DNA of 64,000 bases from Dehalococcoidia bacterium (lineage in GTDB: Bacteria; Chloroflexota; Dehalococcoidia; Lucifugimonadales; UBA3495): contig CBDCFV010000004.1 of assembly GCA_965216425.1 (NCBI GenBank), forward strand, positions 121,144-185,143, read 5' to 3'. The position numbers and the translations under genes were made by a program. Shown here one piece after another: positions 39,433-47,994 of this stretch. The notes under the pieces are model-generated. The model worked only from the letters and a program-made list of their open reading frames with translations, was not told the DNA's origin and made no database searches. How positions within the stretch are numbered: the first letter of the stretch is position 1; each line of letters begins with the position of its first letter.

Positions 39433-39987
39433 TTACCCGCCCGCACGGGACAATTTACCTCCGCCGCTTACATCCGCTGGAATTACAGTGTCCGGGTTGG
39501 GAATGAAGAGATGAAAATTCCATGTGGAATGGAGGATCCCTGAACAATGGGGGTATTTTCCGAATAGCCCGTCGACGTCAGGCGTACCATCCCAGAGATT
39601 TGTCCATGTTCCTGCCTGGAATCGCCATGCTCCAAAGGCAACTTCCATTACGGAACTATCGTACAATGCGCAGCATTCATTCTGAACGGCTACAATCAAT
39701 GAGTGACCGCCGATGATCTGTTTGGGGTATGCCTTTAGCTTCTCTTCGATCTTGTAGTAGAGCCTCTCATTTAACCTGTTCGGATCATCATGGCCATAAA
39801 TGTGTCTGCTGTGCCGGCAGGTGTTGCTCCGAGCCAGAGTCGTACATTCGATAAGACAGGCATAATTCAACATACTCTTGGCTAGTATGTCAGGTGTTTT
39901 TCTCTCTATAAGAGGCTCTTGCTGGACAAAAGCACCAGCTCTCAACAGCAGGTCCGCGATTCTATTCTCGTACTCAGTTCTAGGCAC
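39433..39987 (-). CDS. Hypothetical protein; its 3' end runs into the IS21 terminus
   Basis: GTG start with a GAGGA Shine-Dalgarno sequence. Lower GC. The last roughly 19 codons are IS21-end sequence, so the gene is probably truncated. Confidence 0.4.
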   Translation of the reverse strand: MPRTEYENRIADLLLRAGAFVQQEPLIERKTPDILAKSMLNYACLIECTTLARSNTCRHSRHIYGHDDPNRLNERLYYKIEEKLKAYPKQIIGGHSLIVAVQNECCALYDSSVMEVAFGAWRFQAGTWTNLWDGTPDVDGLFGKYPHCSGILHSTWNFHLFIPNPDTVIPADVSGGGKLSRAGG

Positions 39988-39999
39988 GTTCCCTAATCC

Positions 40000-40572
40000 T
40001 CACTTTCTGGTAGCAATCTGGCGACCGCGCCTATGTCTGCTTCCGGACGGTTGGTGTAGCGTGCCGGCATCTTGGAGATTTTGCTCCGGCCAGCGGTCAC
40101 CGGTGCGCCGAACCGGGGCGATCTCTGCGTCCTCCTCGGCTAGGCTGATGCTCTGGACTGCCTTCTGCTCCATCCGGTAGCTCTCCATTTCCACTGCATC
40201 CAGCACTCCCTTGGACAGGTCCTCCTCCACCGGGTCGGGAAGCTTGCTGATCAGGAAGCTCAGGAATATGGCCAGCTCGGCCGCGGGTCAGGAGAGCTGG
40301 GCATCCAGGAAGGTATAGAGCCTGGTGAAGGCCTTGGCCGAACTCTTGAAATCAACCTGCCTGTCCTCGTCCAGCTTCTTGTATTTCTCCACGCAGGTGT
40401 CCAGCCTGGGGTCGAGATTGCTCTGGTCGGCGCCGTTCAGGAACGCCTCCACGAACTCGTCAATCTGCTCCCAGGGGTAGACCTGGTACTGCTCCAGGGT
40501 AATCTTCAGATCGTGGAGCTTGTCAGGATCTGTCTCCTCTGAGTCGCCGCACTTACCATTGGGTGGGTACAT
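40000..40572 (-). pseudogene. C-terminal remnant of a type I restriction R subunit (HsdR, EcoR124_C-like)
   Basis: ...IDEFVEAFLNG...LDTCVEKYKKLDEDRQVDFKSSAKAFTRLYTFL, then in another frame ELAIFLSFLISKLPDP...SYRMEQ. Frameshifted, with no N-terminal helicase part. Confidence 0.5.
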
Positions 40573-40628
40573 GGTCTATCCAGGGACGCCTGAGTGTTTG
40601 TAGTTGGGGTAGGTCGCGGGTGATTCGC

Positions 40629-41447
40629 TCATTCGGACGTTTCGCCTGAAGTGGCTTCAAGGATGTCGAGTATGGCAGACGACTTGTACAGGTAGGAAAT
40701 CCCTGAATGTTGTGGGTTGCTGCTTCCCACGTTCAAATGCCCCGCGTTGATTCCTAGCAGTTTTAATTCTCGGAATCCTGGGAACGAAATGCCTGGGCCG
40801 GGCTTCGGGCCCTTTTCCACGGCAAACACAGGGCTTCCGGATGAGCCTCCGTAGGAGAAGGCTTCGTAAGCCACGCATTCTCCCTTGTATTCGGGCACGT
40901 TGGAATAGTCATACCTGGGATCGCTGGCGATTGTTCCGCTCCTCAAGATCGGACGTTGTTGGAGCTTGTCGTACCACTCTGGAAAGCCGGGGAAAGCAAC
41001 GAAGTCACAGACGCTGAATTGAGATTCATAATCCTTGGCTGTGGCAAGCAGGTTGATTGGGACAAAAAAGTCGATTGTTGTGGGGCTACCGATGTCTGCC
41101 TTGACTCGTGGGTTGAAGATGCACGCGATGTCGTTCTGGTAGACCTCAGAGTAATGGACATCAGGATCTACCACCTCGAAAATCACGTCGATGTCGGGAA
41201 GCTTGGACGGTGGGACGTTACACTTGCCGGATACTATTAGGCGTTTCAATTGGTAGACTCGATTCTTCAAGTCGGCATACTCTGGATCGACGATGTGGCG
41301 GTTGGTGACCAAGGCTAGTTGCGATTGGTTGGTCATTACCCAGAACCCTGTGCCGTGGCTTGCCGTTGGTTCGTTGATCTCGCTGGTGAACTCGGTGGTG
41401 ATCCGGTACGCAGAATAAAGGAAACTATTGTCCAATCCGTGGAACAT
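40629..41447 (-). CDS. Trypsin-like serine peptidase with no signal peptide
   Basis: LVTNRHIV (His), NDIA (Asp) and GGSSGSPVF (Ser). AGGAGAG Shine-Dalgarno sequence. Confidence 0.7.
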   Translation of the reverse strand: MFHGLDNSFLYSAYRITTEFTSEINEPTASHGTGFWVMTNQSQLALVTNRHIVDPEYADLKNRVYQLKRLIVSGKCNVPPSKLPDIDVIFEVVDPDVHYSEVYQNDIACIFNPRVKADIGSPTTIDFFVPINLLATAKDYESQFSVCDFVAFPGFPEWYDKLQQRPILRSGTIASDPRYDYSNVPEYKGECVAYEAFSYGGSSGSPVFAVEKGPKPGPGISFPGFRELKLLGINAGHLNVGSSNPQHSGISYLYKSSAILDILEATSGETSE

Positions 41448-41456
41448 CGGTCTCTC

Positions 41457-41488
41457 CTAAACCAAAGCCAAGGTAGGATGTGCATTTG
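41457..41488 (+). repeat. Solo end of MITE family 2
   Basis: CTAAACCAAAGCCAAGGTAGGATGTGCATTTG matches the ends at 43216 and 44225. Confidence 0.5.
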
Positions 41489-41832
41489 CCGGGTTGGGCG
41501 ATTCCGGCCGGGAGTCTCACAGGAGTGATTCGGCCCTTGATTGCAAGACCGTCCGGGAGCGCCGGCTCACCTCGTCTTTCCGGCTCGTCAGCCCGGCTTT
41601 CCATTGCTTATCTGTAGGATTAGACATCGCCGCTTCCAGGTTGTAAAGCACCCAGAGGATATAGTCGAATTGAAACCACCGCTGGCTGTTTCCCAGCGAA
41701 CGGAACGACTCCAACAGGAGGTCCGGAGGCCTCCTGAGGCTGTGGCCGTTCGACCAGGCCCAAAGTTTCGTGAGGCCTCCGACCAGCCGGGCGCTCCCAA
41801 AGTTTCGTGAGTCCGCCGGCTCCGGGTGTGCA

Positions 41833-41956
41833 TGGCTGGAAACAGCCCTGTTTACGGCCATGGCTGGAAATTCCCCCTTGCCGTAGCTCAGGGGGTGGCT
41901 GGAAAACCCGGTTTATTTCTCCTTGGCAGGACGGTATACTTTTGCCATTCCAGCCA
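41833..41956. promoter_or_regulatory. Array of TGGCTGGAAA motifs upstream of a serine recombinase
   Basis: Direct copies at 41833, 41861 and 41896, and an inverted copy at 41947-41956. Palindromes GGAAACAGCCCTGTTTAC and GAAAACCCGGTTTAT lie within the array. Confidence 0.4.
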
Positions 41957-41969
41957 GGGGTGCAGCAGG

Positions 41970-42551
41970 ATGACGCTCTACGGTTACGCCAGGGTCTCGG
42001 TGAGAGAGCCGGAGGACAAGAATCTGGACCTGCAGGTGGAGCGGCTGGTCCGCGCTGGCTGTGCCATGGGCAATATTCGAGCCGAGGAGGCCAGCGGGGC
42101 CAAGAACGACCGCGGCGGCCTCTTGGAACTGCTGGACCTGGTGGTCGAGGGAGACACCCTGGTGGTCACCCACATTGACCGGCTCTCCAGGGGGCTGACC
42201 CACGGGCTGCAGGTGATCGAGGGCCTGCACCGGGCGGGAGTGGAGTTCCGGTCCCTGTCGGAAGACTTTGACACTTCAACAGCCAACGGCAAATTGCAGT
42301 TGACCATGGTCCTGGCCTTCTCCGAGTGGTGGCGGAACTCCATCAGGGAGCGGTCCATCGCCGGTCAGCACAAGGCAAAGGAAGAGGGACGTTTCCCTGG
42401 GCGTCCCACCGTCCTGACCGAGCGGCAGAAGGAGTATGTCAGGGAGGAACTGGCCAAGGGGGTTAGCCAGCGGGAGTTGGCGAGGCTCCTGGAGGTGAGC
42501 CGGTGGAAGATCCAGCAGGTGGCCGAGGGGGCGTCAGGGCCAGCAGTCTGA
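41970..42551 (+). CDS. Small serine recombinase (resolvase/invertase)
   Basis: MTLYGYARVSVRE (catalytic Ser), THIDRLSR, and a C-terminal HTH (VSQRELARLLEVSRWKIQQV). Confidence 0.85.
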   Translation: MTLYGYARVSVREPEDKNLDLQVERLVRAGCAMGNIRAEEASGAKNDRGGLLELLDLVVEGDTLVVTHIDRLSRGLTHGLQVIEGLHRAGVEFRSLSEDFDTSTANGKLQLTMVLAFSEWWRNSIRERSIAGQHKAKEEGRFPGRPTVLTERQKEYVREELAKGVSQRELARLLEVSRWKIQQVAEGASGPAV

Positions 42552-42569
42552 TAAGAAGGAAATAAGGCA

Positions 42570-43010
42570 ATGCCGCTGTTGAACTACACCACAAAGGTCA
42601 ATGCCCAGAAGACGGTGACCGAGGTCATGGGCCTGCTGGTGGCCAAAGGGGCCGATGAGATATCCATCGTCTACGATGATGATCGGCAGCCCGCCGGCCT
42701 GAAGTGGACCGTCCAGAGCCCCCGGCTGGGCCGGGTTGCTTTTGCCCTACCCTGCAACGTCGACGCGGTGTTCGTTAAGCTTACCGAGCAGAAGGTAATG
42801 GTGACTTCGCCCGAGTCCCGCCGCCAGCAAGCAATACGGACATCCTGGCGGATCCTCAAGGACTGGGTGGAAGCCCAGATGGCGCTCCTAGAGACGGGCA
42901 TGGTCACCATGGACGAGATATTCCTGCCCTATATGCTCTCCGGCGGCCGGACTTTTTACCAGGCCCTGGTGGCCGGTGAGTTCAGGGCTCTGAACCCACC
43001 CCAAGACTAA
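42570..43010 (+). CDS. 146-aa protein of unknown function, recombinase-associated
   Basis: Starts 18 nt after the recombinase stop, behind an AAGGAAATAAGG purine tract. Has a paralogue at 6300..6790. Confidence 0.6.
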   Translation: MPLLNYTTKVNAQKTVTEVMGLLVAKGADEISIVYDDDRQPAGLKWTVQSPRLGRVAFALPCNVDAVFVKLTEQKVMVTSPESRRQQAIRTSWRILKDWVEAQMALLETGMVTMDEIFLPYMLSGGRTFYQALVAGEFRALNPPQD

Positions 43011-43215
43011 GCGGGCGGCGGTCATAAACATGAGCAGAAGTCAGACTGCCAGCCGAGAATATGCTCACCGGTGGGCCGCCGATCAGTGCCTTCCGGATTC
43101 TCCTAACTATATTGTGATACACCAGTCGGCATTCTTGAAGTTCCGAAGGCATAGGAACTACAGAGAGACGTTTGTCAATAATGATTAGAGGAGAAGGGTA
43201 ACAATGGTCACAGTA

Positions 43216-43368
43216 CTAAACCAAAGCCAAGGTGGAATCTACATTTGTGGGGCGATGAGGATTGGCTTTAGGCGCCACAGTGAAGCTCTTCCACCTGTAC
43301 CTGGAGGACGGTTCGGCACCGTCGCTTGACCTCCACTATATGCGTATTTCACCTTGGTATCAGTTTAG
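43216..43368. mobile_element. MITE family 2, copy a (153 bp)
   Basis: Inverted ends CTAAACCAAAGCCAAGGTGGAAT versus the reverse complement CTAAACTGATACCAAGGTGAAAT. Confidence 0.65.
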
Positions 43369-43588
43369 TTGTTCTGGCACCAAGTAAACGCTGCCTTCGG
43401 AGTCGATGGCGTCCAGGGTATCCTTACCATATTCCTGTGCCGATTGCTTTCGGAAGTCGTCGATAGTCACCATTCATTTCTCCCTAAGTCAGGGCCTTGC
43501 CATGAGCGAAACTCCTTCGAGTATCGCATCAGGACCGTATTATAATGGATACTCGGACGCTCAACACCGAGTTTGAAGGAGGACCACT

Positions 43589-43966
43589 ATGCCACTGCAG
43601 CTAGACCACACAATCGTGCCCGCCTACGACAAGGTGAAGTCGGCGGAGTTTATCGCCCGCATGTTCGGGCTGAAGTACCAGGGGCCCTGGGGACACTTCG
43701 CGCCGGTCAAGGTCAACGAGATACTGACGCTGGACTTCGATGACTCGGACAACCCTCGCGCCAATCACTACGCCTTCCTGGCCTCGGACGAGGAGTTCGA
43801 CGCGATCCTGCAGCGGATCAAGGATGAGGAGGTGGTCTTCGGCAGCGGGCCGCGCTCGCAGACGGACGGGGAGATCAACCACCTGCACCAGGGGCGCGGG
43901 TTCTACTTCGAGTGCGAGAACGGGCATGTGTGGGAGGTTATTACGCACACGTATGTTACGGATTAG
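43589..43966 (+). CDS. VOC (glyoxalase/bleomycin-resistance fold) family protein
   Basis: 125 aa. LDHTIVPAYD...ANHYAFL...GRGFYFECENGHVWEVI. GGAGGA Shine-Dalgarno sequence. Confidence 0.7.
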   Translation: MPLQLDHTIVPAYDKVKSAEFIARMFGLKYQGPWGHFAPVKVNEILTLDFDDSDNPRANHYAFLASDEEFDAILQRIKDEEVVFGSGPRSQTDGEINHLHQGRGFYFECENGHVWEVITHTYVTD

Positions 43967-43969
43967 CGG

Positions 43970-44220
43970 GTGGGGTCGGGGTTGACCAAGAGATGCTGTT
44001 GGCGCAGCGGCCCGAGCATCTGCCGCGACTGACGGCAGTGCTCCCGGACATAGTCCTTGAGTATGGTGTACTGACCGCCGAACCCGTGCTCGTCCCGCAG
44101 CCGCCCGAAGATGCGCTGGACAGTGTGGTGCTGCTTCCTAGGAACGCCAAGGTCGCCTTCCAGGATCGCGTCGATGACGTCGGTGAAAGGCTCCAGCTGG
44201 GGACTCCGGGAGTGTGGTTG
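43970..44220 (-). pseudogene. IS21 IstA N-terminal fragment
   Basis: LEPFTDVIDAILEGDLGVPRKQHHTVQRIFGRLRDEHGFGGQYTILKDYVREH parallels IstA residues at 37852..39363. Confidence 0.7.
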
Positions 44221-44224
44221 GGTA

Positions 44225-44376
44225 CTAAACAATACCAAGGTGGGATGTTCATTTCGAGGGGCTAGAAGACTACCGAAAGGACTCCACAGCACCTCATATC
44301 ACCCATAGACCTCAACTGGGTGGCTACCGACAGTGCGGTCTAGCAATATGTACATTTCACCTTGGCTTTAGTTTAG
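44225..44376. mobile_element. MITE family 2, copy b (152 bp)
   Basis: Inverted ends CTAAACAATACCAAGGTGGGAT versus the reverse complement CTAAACTAAAGCCAAGGTGAAAT. Confidence 0.65.
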
Positions 44377-44511
44377 AACCCAACAGGATGGAGGCATCCC
44401 ATGGCAAACCCAGAACATGTCGAGTGGTTCAATCAAGGACCTGATGAATGGAACAAACGAAGGCAAACCAATGCCTTCGTTCCTGACTTTTCTGGCGGTG
44501 GTCCGTCAATG

Positions 44512-44543
44512 ATGTCGACATTCAGTGATGTCGACATTCAGTG
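44512..44543 (+). repeat. 16-bp tandem duplication (TGATGTCGACATTCAG x2)
   Basis: Read directly. It shifts the pentapeptide gene out of the ATG 44401 frame. Confidence 0.9.
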
Positions 44544-44788
44544 GTGCGAATCTGGCGGGAGTCAACCTTAGCGGCGCAGATTTCAGCGGTGCTACTCTAG
44601 TGGGCATTGCCTTTTCTGGCGCCAATTTGGCTGGTGCCAATTTCACGAAATGTATCCTTTCAGGCTCAATGTTTGATGAAGCAGATCTCAGCGGGGCGGA
44701 TTTCACCGATGCCTACCTTGAAGGTAGGTACCCGCATATTGCGCATCGCCTGTTGGACAGAATGTTACCGGTCAGTCTTAGAACCTGT

Positions 44789-45310
44789 TTACAATCTCTT
44801 CAGGATTAGCGTTGCGAAGGCGAGAACCACCATTTGCAGGCTGGTATTGAGCTTTCGTTCGCAGTTCTTCCAGAGCCGGCGGCACTTCTCCAGCCAGGCG
44901 AAAGACCGCTCCACCACCCATCTCTTCGGCAGCACCACGAAGGTGTGCAGTTCGTTGCGTTTCACCACTTCCACCGCGGCTCCCAACAAGCTTCGCACCC
45001 CAGCAGCAAAGGGCTTCCCGGTGTAGCCCCCATCCACCAGCACGTTCTGCACCTGGTTGAGGCCATCCCGGTGCCGGTCAAACATCGCCAAGGCCCCGGC
45101 CCGGTCGGTCACGTTGGCCGTGGTTATGTGGATCGCGTGGGGCAACCCCTGCGTGTCCACCGCGATGTGGCGCTTGATTCCGGACACCTTCTTGCCCGCG
45201 TCATAGCCCTTGTTCCCGGCGCTGTCAGTGTTCTTCACGCTCTGGGAGTCCACGATACAGAAGCTGGTCCGCTCTTTCCGTCCATTGCTTTGCCGGGCCT
45301 CGCCAACCAA
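44789..45310 (-). CDS. IS5 transposase orfB (DDE), +1 frame relative to orfA
   Basis: Same protein as 8466..8987. By coordinate arithmetic the frame is +1 relative to orfA. Loss of one A from the A8 run would fuse the two ORFs. Confidence 0.85.
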   Translation of the reverse strand: MVGEARQSNGRKERTSFCIVDSQSVKNTDSAGNKGYDAGKKVSGIKRHIAVDTQGLPHAIHITTANVTDRAGALAMFDRHRDGLNQVQNVLVDGGYTGKPFAAGVRSLLGAAVEVVKRNELHTFVVLPKRWVVERSFAWLEKCRRLWKNCERKLNTSLQMVVLAFATLILKRL

Positions 45311-45581
45311 TTTTTTTTAAGACCTGCTCCAGAATGGAATCCTCATCCGGGCCGGGCCGCTCGCTCCATTGCCGAAAATACTTGTAGCAGGTGCGCCAAT
45401 CGGGGAAGTCCGCAGGCAGCATGCGCCACTGGCAGCCGCTTTTCAGGAGGTACAACACCCCGCAGAAAACGTCGTACAGGTCCACGGTGCGGGGCTTGGT
45501 CCGGCGCCGGACCGACTCCAGCGTCGGCAGAATCCGGGCGAATTGCTCCCGGCTGATGTTGCTGGGATAGGAATGAGACAT
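45225..45581 (-). CDS. IS5 transposase orfA
   Basis: 118 aa. MSHSYPSNISREQFARILPTLE...GCQWRMLP...YKYFRQW. Ends after the A8 run. Confidence 0.85.
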   Translation of the reverse strand: MSHSYPSNISREQFARILPTLESVRRRTKPRTVDLYDVFCGVLYLLKSGCQWRMLPADFPDWRTCYKYFRQWSERPGPDEDSILEQVLKKIGWRGPAKQWTERADQLLYRGLPEREEH

Positions 45582-46821
45582 GCTTACCCCTCCCTTGGTA
45601 ATAGTCTCAACTTAACGTATTCCAAAGATCGTCAACAGGTTCTAAGAAATGCTACCATCGCCAACGCGATTTTTTCGAAGTCTAACTTGGCTGGTGTCCA
45701 TTTCGGTGGCACAAACCCGTCGTCAGCCGTGCTTTTCTCAGAGGTTGAAGTGCCCAAACAACCGTTTGTGCACGAGGCCGAGATCCAGAGTATCGATCAA
45801 CTGTTGGGGGTAGTCAGACGCCTCAGGGCTGCTTACGATGCCGAACAGCCCGAACTTGGAATAACGCTCTACTTTAGAGGGGAACCTAGATGGGGGGACG
45901 CTGACGGCGATTGGACTCTTAGTCCTTCCGTGAAACGCGGCGGCTTCGATCCATATGAGAGCCAAATGCTAGTGGATCTAATGTCGTTGCATCCTGCGGA
46001 GTTTGCTGCTGAGCAATCAGCCCTATCAAAGTGGGTATTAGCTCAGCATCATTTGCTTAAGACTCGATTTATGGATGTTACAAAAAACCCGTTGGTAGCA
46101 CTCTTTTTCGCCTCAGAGACGGATACGGAGGCTACTGGCAAACTCCACATATTCGCAGTACCCCAAACAATGATCAAAGCCTTTAACAGCGATACGGTAA
46201 GTGTAATATCGAACTATGCGAGGCTTCCAAAACGTGAGCAACAAATGCTCATAGGCAACGTCAGTGGCGACGTGATAATCGGCCAAGACTATCCATCCGT
46301 GATGGAGAAACTCTGTCAACTAATTCAAGAGGAGAAACCTGGATTTGTGCAGCGCATAGAATTGCCTGACCTTTTCAGAGTTTTTCTGGTTGAGCCGCAA
46401 TATTCTTCTGAGCGCATTCGCGCACAAGCCGGAGCGGTTTTGGCATCTGCATACCATGATAGGTTTGAACGGATGCATGTGGGAAAAGTGCAAAATATGA
46501 ACGTCTATGGCCACTATACTTTGTCGATTCCACCGGAAGAGAACAAGAAACGGTTCCTTGATGATCTTAGGTTACTCAATGTTACCCGGCAAACGTTGTT
46601 TCCTGGAATTGACGAATCGGCAAAGGAAATAGAGCAGAGATATTCGAGGTTGCCGTAAAGCCCCGCTAGTGGTTTCCAGATATCAGCCAGCTTGGTGCCA
46701 ATCTAGCGGGTCCTCGTTGGAGTGAACGAAGGTCTTTCACAATATCCGATTTCCGACCACCTTCTTAATAACCCGGATCTGTGTCGGCGTACACGATGTG
46801 GGGCATTATGTGAGGGTCTAA

Positions 46822-47712
46822 GGGGTGTCGTCAAAAGAGTTTGCTCCAGATCATCACTGCCCGGAGTTGGCAGGCGGCCAAGTATGACGCTGTCCTCTTG
46901 GCATAACGGGTCGCTATCCCGCGCCACTGCTTGAACTCCAAGAACCCGTTCTCCACCAAGTGCCTCAATTTGTACAGTGCCCGGTCATAGCCCCGCTTTT
47001 CCCTCCGGTTGCTTTTGGGCGGTATCACCGGGTCCATTCCCAATTCCCGGACAGTGGCTATGGTCGCATTGGTGTCATAGGCTTTGTCCGCCAGCAGGTA
47101 CTCCGCTTCGATACCCTCAATCAAGGGCACCGCCAAGGAGCAGTCGGCCGCCGTGCCTTCGGTCACCGCCAGCCTTACCGGCATTCCGTGAGAGTCCACT
47201 GCCAGAGCCTGCCCCGGCGTAGGCCGGGGTGCAGCTTGCTGTTCAGCCCCCTTTTGTGCGGGCAATGGCCTGGCTTCCGCCCAGGGCTCCGGCGCTGTGG
47301 GGATGGGCCTTGATATAGCTGGCGTCAATCATCAGCCACTCAAAATCAGGGTCATCAATCACCGCCTCCAACAGTCCGGCCCACACGCCCCGATCCCGCC
47401 AGCGGCAGAAGCCTTTAGCCCCCCGGCTTGACCGGGAGGGCCGGTGGGCATTCTTCCAGTCTCCGTAGTCCGGGGGCAGATCGCGCCAAGGAGCACCGGT
47501 GCGCAGAATCCAGCACACGGCGTCGATAAACCGCCGGTTGTCCTGGGCCGGTCGGCCTCTCTTGCCCTCTCCCCCGGGCAAATGCGGCTTCAACTGCTTC
47601 CAAACGTCCTCGGTCATATCGTGGCGCCGGTGCGCTGCCGTCATACCCCCACCTCCCACACTCTCCCCATTTCCAGCAATTTACCACCTTATCATTGTTT
47701 TGACGACACCCC
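46822..47712 (-). mobile_element. Second IS5-family element
   Basis: Inverted ends GGGGTGTCGTCAAAA / TTTTGACGACACCCC. Abuts MITE family 1 copy 4. Confidence 0.8.
46831..47659 (-). pseudogene. IS5-family transposase in two frames
   Basis: ORF 47243..47659 (RFIDAVCWILRTGAPWRDLP...WLMIDASYIKAH) and ORF 46831..47328 (LADKAYD...RHLVENGFLEFKQWRGIATRY). Contains an extra 30-nt hairpin segment at 47411-47440. Confidence 0.7.
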
Positions 47713-47865
47713 CTAGTACTACAACGACGCGTTATGAGAAAACACGCTCAGGTCTTCTTCTTCAGCTACTGACCGTTCATCACGGGAGACTCGCACTCGT
47801 TCGTTGCCAGCTTCAAAATCCGCCCACGAGTTACCTTGTAGGATAACGCGTCGTTGTAGTACTAG
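47713..47865 (-). mobile_element. MITE family 1, copy 4
   Basis: Exact reverse complement of 7509..7661. Confidence 0.9.
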
Positions 47866-47994
47866 TACCGTTTCCAGCTAGATTTGTTGATACTGGAAAG
47901 CTGCCTCTAACTCTGGATTCCTGCTTGCGCGGCAATGACTAACAGGTGTAACAAATATCCGGTATAAGGCATATTCAAGTGGAAACGGTACTAG
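47862..47994. mobile_element. MITE family 3 (133 bp)
   Basis: Inverted ends CTAGTACCGTTTCCA / TGGAAACGGTACTAG. Shares its left CTAG with the preceding MITE. Confidence 0.7.

Larger units (their letters stand above)
36938..39490 (-). mobile_element. IS21-family element (borders approximate)
   Basis: istA-istB pair. CCAATTT-type subterminal repeats at both ends. The exact termini were not resolved. Confidence 0.65.
44778..45645 (-). mobile_element. IS5-family element, copy 2 (868 bp)
   Basis: Same ends as copy 1. Has (GGCCC)2. Confidence 0.9.
44401..46658 (+). pseudogene. Pentapeptide-repeat / FRG-domain fusion gene with two lesions
   Basis: MANPEHVEWFNQGPDEWNKRRQ, then SGANLAGVNLSGADFSGATL repeats. 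After the IS: LYFRGEPRWGD (FRG motif). Disrupted by a 16-bp tandem duplication and by IS5 copy 2. Both removals restore the frame. Confidence 0.7.

Noticed and set aside
41878-41897. tRNA gene start (GCCGTAGCTCAGGGGGT)
   Set aside because: Only about 17 nt resemble a tRNA 5' end and no downstream arms exist. It is kept only as a possible old att remnant.
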